NCBI GenBank assembly: GCA_003251775.1
Contig: QKEK01000186.1
Location: 1-59,326, forward strand
Direction: 5' to 3'
Length of the DNA stretch: 59,326 nucleotides
Source of the DNA: Clostridia bacterium
GTDB lineage: Bacteria; Bacillota; Clostridia; DSM-8532; SZUA-474
Shown: piece after piece, positions 9,563 through 19,719 of the stretch
Layout: each line of letters opens with the position of its first letter
How positions within the stretch are numbered: the stretch's first letter is position 1
Position numbers and translations under genes: made by a program
The notes under the pieces: generated by a model
The model's database searches: none
What the model was told of the DNA's origin: nothing
The model's input: the letters and a program-made list of their open reading frames with translations, nothing else

Positions 9563-10300
9563 TTATAGTTCTACCTTATACCCTCTTGGTGTAATCATTT
9601 TCCCATTCTGAACATAGGTATTTGTGTTTCCAATAATTACTACTGTAAACATATCTATTGGAAATGTCAGCATTTCCTTAAGCGTAGTAATGGCATAATC
9701 CTCATTTTCTCTCCCTACATTCCAAACTAAACCCACTGGTGTATTCTCACCTCTATGCTTTTGTATAATATCTCTAGCAATTCCTATATACTCGGTCCTT
9801 TTCTGGCTTTTGGGATTATATAAGCCTATTACAAAGTCGCCCTCTGCCGCCAGCTTAAGCCTTTTCTCAATAAGTGCCCACGGTGTCATCAAATCACTTA
9901 GGCTAATAATAGCAAAATCATGCATCAGGGGTGCACCCAAAACGGCTGCTGCTGCACTTACTGCCGTTATACCTGAAATAACCTCTACCTGAATATTAGC
10001 CTCAGCTTGGTTTACAATCTCTAGCATTAAGCCTGCCATACCATAAATGCCACTATCTCCACTACTTATTAGTGCAACACTTTTTCCCTCAAGAGCTTTT
10101 TCTAGTACAAGCTTGCAGCGTTCAACCTCCTTCATCATAGCCGAGCTAATAAAAGTCTTATTGCTGAATTTATCCCTAATAAGCTCTATATAAGCACTAT
10201 AGCCTACAACCAGTTCCGCCTTTTCAATTGCCTCTCTGGCTCTTGGCGTCATATCCTCTAATCCTCCTGGGCCCATACCAACTACAAATATTTTAGCCAT
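9563..10300 (-). CDS. cbiH: Cobalt-precorrin-3B C17-methyltransferase
   Basis: GMGPG, SSGDSGIYGMAG, GAPLMHDF, LYNPKS, ITPRGY. Confidence 0.95.
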   Translation of the reverse strand: MAKIFVVGMGPGGLEDMTPRAREAIEKAELVVGYSAYIELIRDKFSNKTFISSAMMKEVERCKLVLEKALEGKSVALISSGDSGIYGMAGLMLEIVNQAEANIQVEVISGITAVSAAAAVLGAPLMHDFAIISLSDLMTPWALIEKRLKLAAEGDFVIGLYNPKSQKRTEYIGIARDIIQKHRGENTPVGLVWNVGRENEDYAITTLKEMLTFPIDMFTVVIIGNTNTYVQNGKMITPRGYKVEL

Positions 10301-10304
10301 TTAC

Positions 10305-11576
10305 TTACTCCTCTTCCTTCTTGCTACTAAGGACATTGGACAAGCATTTAAAATATGCTCTTATTTCCTCTGTGTCCATAGAATCCTTAATGTCATACAC
10401 AAACGCCCCAACTATATCCTTAACTATACTTTTCATAAATATCTTAATTGTTTCTATATCCTCTTCACTAGCCGACTTTAGTCTAGAAATTGTTAGACCT
10501 ATTTTCTCTTCCAGTATATCGTCTGTAAACCGCTGGATTTCCTTAACAACTGGCATTACTCTTCTAAACTCAAACCATTTTTCATACTCAATAATATAAT
10601 TATTAATAATATCCTCAGCCTTAATAATCTCCATTTGTCGTATATTAGCATTCTTATCTGCCACCTGTTGCAAATCATCTAAGTTAAAGTATGTCACATT
10701 CTCTAATTTGTGAACATCAGGGTCTAAGTCTCTGGGTACTGCCAAATCAACAAATACTCTCTTTTTTTCTGTTGACATTACCTGCCTTAGCCTGTCCACA
10801 GTAATGGTATAATGGGGGCTTGTTGTAGAGCTTATTACAATATCACAACAATCAATTACATCATACCTATTATCATAATCCACAACTAAGACCCGTTCAT
10901 TCCCTTTAGCAAGCTGATTGGTAAGCCCATGAGATCTTTTGGTTATATATATCCTGCCAATACCCTTTGATAATAGATTTTTCAATGCAATTGTCCCCAT
11001 TTTCCCAGCACCTATTATCAAAGCAGTCTTCCCCTCTAATCCAGAGCTATAGCAACCCTCTACATGCTTAATTGCAAGAGAGGCTATTGACAAGGAATTT
11101 TTTGAAAGCTCTGTGTTGGTTTTTATCTCCTTTGCCGCCGTTACTGCCTGTCTAAATAAGGTATTTAAAACCCCTCCACTGGTCCCTGCCTCAATAGCAG
11201 CTTCCATAGCCTGCTTGACCTGTCCTAATATCTGGTCTTCTCCAAGAACCAAAGAATCCAGCCCAGCCGCTACCTTAAAAATATGCCTTACTGCCTTTAG
11301 ACCCTGATAGTTAAAGAAGTATTTTCTGTTTTCCTCTATGTTAAGACCCTTAATTTCACATAAAAGCTCCTCAATTAACTCCATATGAAACCCTTCTTCT
11401 GTGAAAATATAAATCTCTGTTCGGTTGCATGTAGAAATTATCACACACTCAAGCACATTTTCAAGTGCAATAAATGACCTTAATGCACTATCAAGCTGTT
11501 TCCCAGTAAGGCTAAATCTTTCTCTTACCTCCAAGGAGGTTATTTTATGATTAACTCCTGAAACATAGATTTTCAT
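10305..11576 (-). CDS. hemA: Glutamyl-tRNA reductase
   Basis: STCNRTE, GLDSLVLGEDQILGQVK, GAGKMG, DLAVPRD. Confidence 0.96.
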   Translation of the reverse strand: MKIYVSGVNHKITSLEVRERFSLTGKQLDSALRSFIALENVLECVIISTCNRTEIYIFTEEGFHMELIEELLCEIKGLNIEENRKYFFNYQGLKAVRHIFKVAAGLDSLVLGEDQILGQVKQAMEAAIEAGTSGGVLNTLFRQAVTAAKEIKTNTELSKNSLSIASLAIKHVEGCYSSGLEGKTALIIGAGKMGTIALKNLLSKGIGRIYITKRSHGLTNQLAKGNERVLVVDYDNRYDVIDCCDIVISSTTSPHYTITVDRLRQVMSTEKKRVFVDLAVPRDLDPDVHKLENVTYFNLDDLQQVADKNANIRQMEIIKAEDIINNYIIEYEKWFEFRRVMPVVKEIQRFTDDILEEKIGLTISRLKSASEEDIETIKIFMKSIVKDIVGAFVYDIKDSMDTEEIRAYFKCLSNVLSSKKEEE

Positions 11577-12814
11577 AGTTTCCTCCCAGTCTCACTTATA
11601 TACCAATGCTTGTTGCTAAGGTAAAGCTCATTAACCCTATCTTCAGCTAGAGCTAACGTTATACCGCTATATACTTTTTTCTTTACAATAAGCTCTGCAC
11701 CTTTACCTGCTAATACCGCACATGGTTCAGCAACACATCCCACCCCCACTATCTTTCTTACGTAATCAGAGCAAGCGTAGTTACGTTCCACTGACTTTAT
11801 CCTCTCTTTTGATACTTCTACTAATTCTATTTTATTAGAATTACAAAACTCAACTATTCCCTCTTCCCTCATTTTTATGTCGATTGTTGCCATGTTTTTT
11901 ACAGAAGCGATACTTCTTTGTGCCTCCTTTAGGAAATCAGAAACTGCTTTATGTATTTGCTCAGCTGGTGTATTCCTTTTGCATCCAATCCCTATAACAA
12001 GATTTTTGGGTCTTATATAAAGAATCTCTTTATTTAATATTTCTAAATACTCCTTATTGGTTAAAGCTACCCAATACTCTAAGCTATCCTGTTCCTTAAT
12101 TATTATTTCTTTTGTTTTTTGTGTAAAAACTACTCCAATATACTCTGGATGCTTATAAAATCCATCTTCATTCAATTCATACTTAACTGAATAATCAGAA
12201 TAAAGCCCTATTTTACCACCGTTAACCAGATGTCCACTAATACTCTTTAGAAGCTCAAAGCTTTCTATCTTTAAACCATTATTTTTTGCAAAAACGTCCA
12301 GCGAAACAATCTCATTAATATCGGTCGCTGTAGTTACCACTGGATTTCCTCCTGTTATACCAGCAACCTGATAGGTTAAGGTATTCGCACCACCTATATG
12401 ACCAGATAACAGACTTATTACATTCATGCCCTTTTCATCAAGCACCACAACTGCTGGGTCACTTTTTTTAGATTGGATATACGGTGCAATACTTCTAACG
12501 ACAATACCACACGCCATCACAAAGATAATCCCATCATACCTGCCAAAAAGCTTACCTACAAACTCCTTGAAGCCCTGAGGTATTCCCTCTATACTAATAG
12601 CTTGATTTGAGCCAATATCTTCATTGGCTTGACTCATATCAACACCTTCAGCTCTTATCCGCTTTTCTTCAACTCTAACACAGCCAGCTTCTAATAGACC
12701 CTTTCCATAAGAGAGAAACTCCTCCTTTATAAACACATCACTTTTTAGTTGTTTAGCGATCCTAACTGCTGTTTCTGTTCCTTTTCTTGTTAATGCCACT
12801 GTAGCAAGCCTCAA
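11573..12814 (-). CDS. cbiG: Cobalt-precorrin-5A hydrolase
   Basis: GIVVRSIAP, DPAVVV, LSGHIGGAN, TTATD, GIGCKR, VAEPCA. TTG start. Confidence 0.93.
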   Translation of the reverse strand: MRLATVALTRKGTETAVRIAKQLKSDVFIKEEFLSYGKGLLEAGCVRVEEKRIRAEGVDMSQANEDIGSNQAISIEGIPQGFKEFVGKLFGRYDGIIFVMACGIVVRSIAPYIQSKKSDPAVVVLDEKGMNVISLLSGHIGGANTLTYQVAGITGGNPVVTTATDINEIVSLDVFAKNNGLKIESFELLKSISGHLVNGGKIGLYSDYSVKYELNEDGFYKHPEYIGVVFTQKTKEIIIKEQDSLEYWVALTNKEYLEILNKEILYIRPKNLVIGIGCKRNTPAEQIHKAVSDFLKEAQRSIASVKNMATIDIKMREEGIVEFCNSNKIELVEVSKERIKSVERNYACSDYVRKIVGVGCVAEPCAVLAGKGAELIVKKKVYSGITLALAEDRVNELYLSNKHWYISETGRKL

Positions 12815-12869
12815 AGAAATGTGTCCCCCTTCTTAAGCTAAGTAAGCCTTTTTATTACAACATATATAC

Positions 12870-13622
12870 CTAAATTCCATTTCTATATTCGTGGGTAAAA
12901 TGCTTATCATACAATTTGGATAGCTCATATGTATCTCCTAAAAAATTTCCAACAACCACTAAAGCAGTTTTAGTAATACCTTCCTCATGGACTTTTTGGG
13001 TAATGTCCTTCAATGTGCCTCTAACAATTCTCTGTTCCGGCCATGATGCCTTATATACTACTGCTATTGGGGTATTATCATCCTCATAGCCAGCTTTAAG
13101 CTTTTCTACTAATTCATCTATCATCCCAACACTTAAGAATATAACCATTGTCGACTTATGAGCAGCTAATTTCTCGATGTCCTCTGTTCCAGGTACTGGT
13201 GTTCTACCTTCCATTCGTGTCAATATAACCGTCTGGGTAACTGAAGGAAGTGTGTATTCCTTTTTTAATGCGGCGGCGGCGGCAAAAAAAGAGCTAACGC
13301 CAGGCACAACTTCATATTCCAACCCTTTTCTGTCCAAAATATCCATCTGTTCTCTTATTGCACCAAAAATCGAGGGGTCTCCTGTATGCACTCGGGCAAC
13401 GGTTTTTTCAGTAGCTACTCCTCTAACCATCACCTCAATAACTTCTTCTAATGTCATACTAGCACTATTAAAAATCTCACAGCCATCTTTAGCACAAGCA
13501 ATAGTCTCTTTATTTACCAATGAGCCAGCATATATAATAATATCAGCCATCTCAATTATATTTCTTCCTTTAACTGTAACAAGCTCTGGGTCACCAGGTC
13601 CAGCTCCTATAAAATATATCAT
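12870..13622 (-). CDS. cbiF: Cobalt-precorrin-4 C11-methyltransferase
   Basis: GAGPGDPELVTVKG, YAGSLV, RVHTGDPS, KASWPE, SKLYD. Confidence 0.96.
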   Translation of the reverse strand: MIYFIGAGPGDPELVTVKGRNIIEMADIIIYAGSLVNKETIACAKDGCEIFNSASMTLEEVIEVMVRGVATEKTVARVHTGDPSIFGAIREQMDILDRKGLEYEVVPGVSSFFAAAAALKKEYTLPSVTQTVILTRMEGRTPVPGTEDIEKLAAHKSTMVIFLSVGMIDELVEKLKAGYEDDNTPIAVVYKASWPEQRIVRGTLKDITQKVHEEGITKTALVVVGNFLGDTYELSKLYDKHFTHEYRNGI

Positions 13623-14332
13623 ATACCATTCACTCCATTCTTTTTAATAAGCATTGTAGTAAAGTAGCTAGGTTTTTTCACTTGAATTTGACTCATATCA
13701 TAAATTATCCTTTCCTCCTTCATACCACAGCAGCTTATTTGGACTGTCTTATCCAGTAAATCTTTATCCTTCAGTCTTTGCATAACCCCATCGTAGTCAC
13801 CAGATACCTTCATCAATACAATATTATCAAACTGCTCTATTACCTTATCAAAATTTTCATCCTTGTATGCAGAAGGCACTATTGCTAAGGTTTCTTTGTT
13901 TTCTGCCAGACTTATTCCAACCCGTGCCGCAGATGCACAAAAAGAGGTAATACCAGGAACTATTTCACATTGAAAGCCTGACGCCTTAATGCTTTTATGA
14001 ACATATATATATGTACTATACACTGTTGGATCTCCTAATGTTATAAATGCAACATCTTTTCCTGCCTCAAGCTTATCCTTTATTATCTCAACAGCCTTTT
14101 GCCAGCTCTCGTCAAGTACTCCCTGTTCATAGCTCATTGGAAAAACCAGCTCTAAAAGCTCTCCCTTTATATCTACCACAGGCTTAATTATTGTTTGAGC
14201 TAGGCTTTCCTTTTCCATCTTTGTCTTTGGAACAGCAACATACTCAACACTCTCTAATATTCTTTTAGCCTTTAGGGTCAGAAGCTCAGGGTCACCTGGT
14301 CCGACACCTATTCCATATAGCCTTCCGTTCAT
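13619..14332 (-). CDS. cbiL: Cobalt-precorrin-2 C20-methyltransferase
   Basis: YGIGVGPGDPELLTLKA, FPM, TLGDPTVYST, LMKV. ATGA overlap with the cbiET stop suggests start 14332. Confidence 0.93.
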   Translation of the reverse strand: MNGRLYGIGVGPGDPELLTLKAKRILESVEYVAVPKTKMEKESLAQTIIKPVVDIKGELLELVFPMSYEQGVLDESWQKAVEIIKDKLEAGKDVAFITLGDPTVYSTYIYVHKSIKASGFQCEIVPGITSFCASAARVGISLAENKETLAIVPSAYKDENFDKVIEQFDNIVLMKVSGDYDGVMQRLKDKDLLDKTVQISCCGMKEERIIYDMSQIQVKKPSYFTTMLIKKNGVNGI

Positions 14333-15600
14333 TTCAATATCCATTCCTTTCGATATCGCTTTCCACTAATAATGGTCACAGGATTAATCGCCTTCATCAA
14401 ATGCTTTTCCCCTGCCTCAACACTTTTTGAGATGGAAATACTCGTTACCTCTATATCCTTAAAACCATAACTCTCAAGTCCCTTAATAGCCTCATAGGTG
14501 GATTCTATTGTTATAGTATTAATAACAACTACTATGTCTTTATTTACTTTAGTAATCCACTCCAAAATACTATTCATATTCCCTTTTGTTCCACCAATAA
14601 AAAACCTATCAGGTTTGATATCCCCCAAAGCCTCATATAATATCTCGGGTGCTTTTCCTTCTATAACACTTACATTACTTAGCTCAAACCTTTCAATATT
14701 CCTTTTTATTAGCTCAATTCCCTCTTCATTACACTCTACGGCATAAACCCTTCCCCTGCTACATACCCTTCCACACTCTATGGTAACAGATCCTGTACCT
14801 GCTCCAATATCACAAACCACACTATTTTTTTCAAGCCTTAGTTTAGAAACAGAAATTGTTCTTATCTCCTCCTTGGTCATCGGAACATTACCACGGATAA
14901 ACATATCATCACGTATCCCTATGGTTGAAGCATTCTCATTTTTTTCTGAGTTGCAACCTCCCCCTATAGAATGATTAATATTCTCAATTATCATAATAGA
15001 TAAGCTGTCAAATTCCATGCCTTCTATCTGCTCTATACTTCCCTGCACAATTCTCTCATGCTCATAAGACAGATTTTCACCTACAGTAACCTTAAGATTT
15101 TTTATATCTTCCTCTCTTAAAAGTGAACAAATCTTGTCTGGAGAATTTCCTCCGCCAGCAAAAACAGCTGTCCTAAAATTTTGTTTTACAATGCCAATAA
15201 GCTCTGGGTTTTCTCTTCCGTGCAGGCTGGTAATATATATATCATTCCAGCTAATTTTAAGCTTCGCACATAAATACTGAAATGCACTTATTCCAGGCAT
15301 AACCTCTATTTCTATCCCATCTAGGTTTTTTTTAAGATATTCCATAAGGCTATATAGCCCTGGATCCCCAGTAACAATCACAGCTATTTTTTTTGAGTAT
15401 ATGTTTACTTGTATGTACTCAATTAATTCCTTGAGATTATTCTCTATTACACACTCCTCTTTTTTCAAATCCTTAAAAAGCTCCAAATTTCTCTGACCGC
15501 TAATTATGACCTCGCATTGGCTTATTACATTCGTTACAGCACTATTAATATAGTCCCTTGAGCCTGGACCAATCCCTATAACATACAACTTATTACCCAT
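14329..15600 (-). CDS. cbiET: Bifunctional cobalt-precorrin-7 C5-methyltransferase / cobalt-precorrin-6B C15-methyltransferase (CbiE-CbiT fusion)
   Basis: CbiE (GIGPG, GDPGLYS, SLHGR, GENLSY) followed by CbiT (PMTKEEIR, DIGAGTGS, FIGG). Confidence 0.93.
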   Translation of the reverse strand: MGNKLYVIGIGPGSRDYINSAVTNVISQCEVIISGQRNLELFKDLKKEECVIENNLKELIEYIQVNIYSKKIAVIVTGDPGLYSLMEYLKKNLDGIEIEVMPGISAFQYLCAKLKISWNDIYITSLHGRENPELIGIVKQNFRTAVFAGGGNSPDKICSLLREEDIKNLKVTVGENLSYEHERIVQGSIEQIEGMEFDSLSIMIIENINHSIGGGCNSEKNENASTIGIRDDMFIRGNVPMTKEEIRTISVSKLRLEKNSVVCDIGAGTGSVTIECGRVCSRGRVYAVECNEEGIELIKRNIERFELSNVSVIEGKAPEILYEALGDIKPDRFFIGGTKGNMNSILEWITKVNKDIVVVINTITIESTYEAIKGLESYGFKDIEVTSISISKSVEAGEKHLMKAINPVTIISGKRYRKEWILK

Positions 15601-16759
15601 AGCTTCTCCTTATATTTGTTACTATTTCTTCTGCTACCTTAGTCATTGAAAGTAAGCTATCCATTTCATTAAACAATACCACTCCACAACTAATCTTATT
15701 ATAGGTATACTCCTTGCATTTATTTGCAGCAGTCTCTGCTATTCTTTCATAAACACGGGTAAGTCCATTTTCTTCAATAATACTAGCCGCAGCATCAGTA
15801 GTTTTGCACGACATAATTTCCTCTACTATACCCCTTGAAGCTCCTTCTATTGAAGCATAAACACCAAGTGTCTCCATCCTAGCATCTGAGACCCTGCTAT
15901 GTGTATGAAAGTTCCCCGCAGCCACCTTAACTATTTTCCCTAAATGCCCTACCAGGACGATACTCTCGAAGCCTTTTTCTACTGCTTTATCCAGCATAAA
16001 GCCTACAAAATTACTAATAGTTATTATATATTCCTTATCTATAAATAAAGCATTCTTAGAAAAACCCTCACCAATATTACCAAAAGTAAAGACTGCTGAT
16101 TTTAGTCCCTTAGCTCGCATAATATTAAGCTCTAGAGCCAAGGAATCCTTCCACGCCTCCTCAGACATAGGTCGGACTAAGCCAGTTGTCCCCAGAATAG
16201 AAAGCCCTCCAACTACCCCTAGTTTAGGGTTGTAAGTCTTTTTTGCAATCTCTTCTCCATTAGGTATACTCAACTCTAAATGTATCCTTCTATCTTTAGG
16301 TAAAATCTGACTTACCTCGCTTACTATCATATTTCTTGGTATAGGGTTTATCGCAGGCTGACCAATACCTACCTTAAGCCCAGCTAGCGTTACTATACCA
16401 ATACCTTCTCCTGTAGAAATTACAACCCTCTCTTCGCCCATTTCATATATAGATGATGCCTTTGCAAATATTTTAAGCCCCGAGGTTACATCAGGGTCAT
16501 CCCCACCATCCTTAACCACTGCACATTTTGCATATGCTTTTGTAATTTCAACGTCCTGTATAGGAAGAGTAATCAAGTCCCCAGAAGGAATTCTAATCTG
16601 TATCTTGTCTACCTTTTTTTCACCTAAAAGCATAAGCACTGCGGCTTTTGATGCAGCTGTAGCACATGAACCAGTACTATATCCTATTCTATAGGCTCTA
16701 CCATTGACCATTTCATACTTTGTTTGGTCATTTGATTTTATAATATTACACTCTTCCAT
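15593..16759 (-). CDS. cbiD: Cobalt-precorrin-5B C1-methyltransferase
   Basis: GYSTGSCATAA, KDGGDDPDVT, PAINPIPR, NPKLG, GTTGLVRPMS, GKIVKVAAG. Start moved to ATG 16759. Confidence 0.95.
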   Translation of the reverse strand: MEECNIIKSNDQTKYEMVNGRAYRIGYSTGSCATAASKAAVLMLLGEKKVDKIQIRIPSGDLITLPIQDVEITKAYAKCAVVKDGGDDPDVTSGLKIFAKASSIYEMGEERVVISTGEGIGIVTLAGLKVGIGQPAINPIPRNMIVSEVSQILPKDRRIHLELSIPNGEEIAKKTYNPKLGVVGGLSILGTTGLVRPMSEEAWKDSLALELNIMRAKGLKSAVFTFGNIGEGFSKNALFIDKEYIITISNFVGFMLDKAVEKGFESIVLVGHLGKIVKVAAGNFHTHSRVSDARMETLGVYASIEGASRGIVEEIMSCKTTDAAASIIEENGLTRVYERIAETAANKCKEYTYNKISCGVVLFNEMDSLLSMTKVAEEIVTNIRRSYG

Positions 16760-16809
16760 ATTTATGTTTATTCCTTCCTTCAGGCACAAATCTTGGTTGA
16801 GAGAAAATC
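16757..16809 (-). repeat. 53-bp RBS-containing cassette, copy 2 (cbiD start)
   Basis: 47/53 identical to 7932-7984. Confidence 0.9.
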
Positions 16810-16825
16810 CACTTACGTTTTTAGC

Positions 16826-17461
16826 TTATCGCTCTGTAATCATGTACAGGATGGCATTCATAATGGCAGCAGCTACAGTACTTCCACCCTTTCTTCCCTC
16901 AGTTATTATATAGGGTATACCTGTCTTTTTAAGTAGGTTCTTTGATTCTACTACATTAACAAAGCCCACGGGTACTCCAACCACCAAGGAAGGCGATATT
17001 TTCTCTTCTTGTATCATTTCGCATAGTCTTATTAAGGCTGTGGGTGCATTACCAATAGCAAAAATTTGATTTTGAGAGTTTACTGATGCCTTATCCATAC
17101 ATACAGAGGCTCTGGTTATGCCCTCATTTTGTGATCTCTCAGCCACATCCTCATCAGCCATAAAGCAAAGAACCTTCCCTCCAAATCTTCCTATAGATTT
17201 CTTGTTTATTCCTGACGCTGCCATATTGGTATCCGTTACAATATTACTTCCACTTTTTAATGCCTTTATAGCACTCTCAATAGCATTGGGACTTATGTTA
17301 AGTATATCTGCATATTCAAAATCAGCGGTTGTATGAATAACCCTTTTGATGATTGGCTCATGCAATGGGTCAAATTTACGCTGACCTAATATTTCTGATA
17401 ATATTTCAAAGCTTCTCTTTTCTATATCCTGAGGCTTTACTACCTCTATTTGTTCCAACAT
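16826..17461 (-). CDS. cbiC: Cobalt-precorrin-8 methylmutase
   Basis: IEKRSF, RVIHTTAD, IGNAPTAL, PVGFVNVVESK, GRKGGS. Confidence 0.96.
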   Translation of the reverse strand: MLEQIEVVKPQDIEKRSFEILSEILGQRKFDPLHEPIIKRVIHTTADFEYADILNISPNAIESAIKALKSGSNIVTDTNMAASGINKKSIGRFGGKVLCFMADEDVAERSQNEGITRASVCMDKASVNSQNQIFAIGNAPTALIRLCEMIQEEKISPSLVVGVPVGFVNVVESKNLLKKTGIPYIITEGRKGGSTVAAAIMNAILYMITER

Positions 17462-17474
17462 AGCCTACCCTCTC

Positions 17475-17526
17475 CTTATTTACTTATCTTATTTACTTAT
17501 CTTGTTTACTTATCTTGTTTATTTAT
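17475..17526. repeat. 13-bp tandem repeat x4 abutting the cbiC RBS
   Basis: CTTATTTACTTAT x2, CTTGTTTACTTAT, CTTGTTTATTTAT. Confidence 0.88.
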
Positions 17527-17657
17527 GTACTCATATCATTATTTTCTTTTTACATTAATACATTATTCCACTATTGCATTTATACTGAATGTCAATTTTA
17601 TTTGATTATTTATCATTTTACCATAACACTATATTTAAGCATTAATTCACTTTATAC

Positions 17658-18506
17658 TTAATTACTTTTCCTCTTGTTTCTGATTATCTCCAAAAGCTTG
17701 TCCTTGCTTCTTGGTATTTCATTGTTTTCATCCAAAAAACCGCTTAGTTTCAATTCACTAAATATATCCATAACCATGGGTGTTAATAATTCCGTTTGTT
17801 CTAATAAAACATTATCACTAAATACCTCTATAGGATTTCCACAACCTATAACCCTACCGTTTTGCATAACAATTATTTCATCAGCCCAGGCATATGCCAA
17901 ATCTACATCATGTGTAGAAAAAATAATAGTAGTTCCCTCTTGATTTAATTGCTCAAAAAGCTCAAATATCTGTAGCGTATGCTTAGGGTCCAAGCAGTCT
18001 GTAGGCTCATCAAATATAATAACCTCTGGCTCCATAGCCAATATATCAGAAATAGACACACGCTTTTTCTGTCCATGGCTAAGAAAGTGAGTTGGTCTAC
18101 CCTTTAATTCTTCTACTCCTGTTTGCACTAAAGCCTTATTAACCCTTCTAATAACCTCATCTTTATGAAGGTTTAAATTCATCGGTCCAAAAGAGACCTC
18201 TTGAAAAACACTAGAAGAAAACAGCTGTGTTTCTGGGTCCTGAAATACTACACCTACCTTCTGCCTTAATGCACACAAACTTCTATGATTATAACGAACC
18301 ACTTCGCCCTTAAACCTTACTACCCCCTGTTTGGGTCTAAAAATACCATTAAAATTTAGAAACAAGGTAGACTTACCTGCCCCATTTGATCCCAACACAG
18401 CAACCTTATGTCCTTTTTTTATTTTAATAGAAACATCATCTAGTGCTTTTGTTCCATCAGGATACTCGAATACCAAATTCTGTGTTTCCAATATATAATC
18501 TCCCAT
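17658..18506 (-). CDS. cbiO: Cobalt ECF transporter ATPase
   Basis: GSNGAGKS, VFQDP, LSHGQKKR, FDEPT, STHD. ATG 18506 in TGATG overlap after GGAGG. Confidence 0.93.
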   Translation of the reverse strand: MGDYILETQNLVFEYPDGTKALDDVSIKIKKGHKVAVLGSNGAGKSTLFLNFNGIFRPKQGVVRFKGEVVRYNHRSLCALRQKVGVVFQDPETQLFSSSVFQEVSFGPMNLNLHKDEVIRRVNKALVQTGVEELKGRPTHFLSHGQKKRVSISDILAMEPEVIIFDEPTDCLDPKHTLQIFELFEQLNQEGTTIIFSTHDVDLAYAWADEIIVMQNGRVIGCGNPIEVFSDNVLLEQTELLTPMVMDIFSELKLSGFLDENNEIPRSKDKLLEIIRNKRKSN

Positions 18507-19285
18507 CAAAGCATTCCTCCATATAAAGAACCTAGTAAAATCAGTAGTAGCTCTACACAAGCAATCAATATGTAATTCTTAACAGATACAGGGTACTCTT
18601 CTTCAAGCACCCTTAGTTCTCCATTATATCCCCTTGACTCCATTGCCATATATAAATCCTTTGAACGCTTAAAGGTTCTTACGAATAATACCGAAATCAA
18701 CTGTCCCATTGAAATAAATCTTCTTTTAAGCCTTGCATAGCCCATTCTGGAATCCTGAGATACATATATTTCGTTTGCAATTTTCATTAATACAAAAATA
18801 AAACGATAAATAAGACTCATAAGCTCTAGAATTAGTACTGGCATCCTTAGTCTCTTTAGTACTGATATAATATCATTTATCGAAGTTGTAAGAGACAAAA
18901 AATACTGGCATGAAACTACACCAAGAGCCTTAAGTAAAAGACTCATGCCGTATCTAATGCTACTTGAAGTAATGCCTAATTGTAAATAAAATATATCCAT
19001 ACTGAAAAGTACATCTTTATGTCCTGCAACATTTGTTATAATAATGGTTAGCACACTTATGATAAGAAAAATTAATGGCAAGCTCAGAAGCTTAATGTAA
19101 AATTTGGTTGGAATTCTCGCATATAGCACTGATATACACCCCATCATGATTACTACTACTACAGAGACTGTCATAGAATTCATCACTAAGCAAACCCCAC
19201 TGGTTAATAAAGAAAATATAAATTTCTCCATAGGGTTTGTCTGTTTTAATCTATTGCAATAAGCATATCTATCTATAGTTATCAT
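18506..19285 (-). CDS. cbiQ: Cobalt ECF transporter T component
   Basis: IDRYAY, hydrophobic segments, LIYRFIF, SQDSRMGY, AMESRGY. Confidence 0.92.
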   Translation of the reverse strand: MITIDRYAYCNRLKQTNPMEKFIFSLLTSGVCLVMNSMTVSVVVVIMMGCISVLYARIPTKFYIKLLSLPLIFLIISVLTIIITNVAGHKDVLFSMDIFYLQLGITSSSIRYGMSLLLKALGVVSCQYFLSLTTSINDIISVLKRLRMPVLILELMSLIYRFIFVLMKIANEIYVSQDSRMGYARLKRRFISMGQLISVLFVRTFKRSKDLYMAMESRGYNGELRVLEEEYPVSVKNYILIACVELLLILLGSLYGGML

Positions 19286-19348
19286 TTTATGCTCCAATCC
19301 ATAATTATAGCAACCAAATAACGACTACATAGTAAGTAAACTCCATAT

Positions 19349-19687
19349 TTACTCACTATATTTCTTTTCAACTTCTTTATCATTAGTTATAGATTTATTT
19401 TTGCCTACTAAATACCCCAAAACAAAAAACAGAACACCAGAACCCACAGCCGCCTGAATAGCAAATATTGCACTTTCTATCTCAGTGCTTGGAGGAGACC
19501 ATAACGGTTTAAACCAAGGTTCGTATTGTGCATTTACCTCTGATATTAAATCCTGTGCTATAGAATCTGCACCAGAAAAGTCTGCAGTTGGCTGAATAAT
19601 TAGAGGAAGTATAAATAGCACTACTACAAATAATATAAGAACTATATTAACTGTCATTTTTTTATTGAATCTAATCGACTTTATCAT
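19349..19687 (-). CDS. cbiN: Cobalt transport protein CbiN
   Basis: FSGAD, YEPWFKPLWSPPSTEIESAIFAIQAAVG. Confidence 0.93.
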   Translation of the reverse strand: MIKSIRFNKKMTVNIVLILFVVVLFILPLIIQPTADFSGADSIAQDLISEVNAQYEPWFKPLWSPPSTEIESAIFAIQAAVGSGVLFFVLGYLVGKNKSITNDKEVEKKYSE

Positions 19688-19719
19688 AACTAAATCACCT
19701 TTCATACAAACTTATCACC

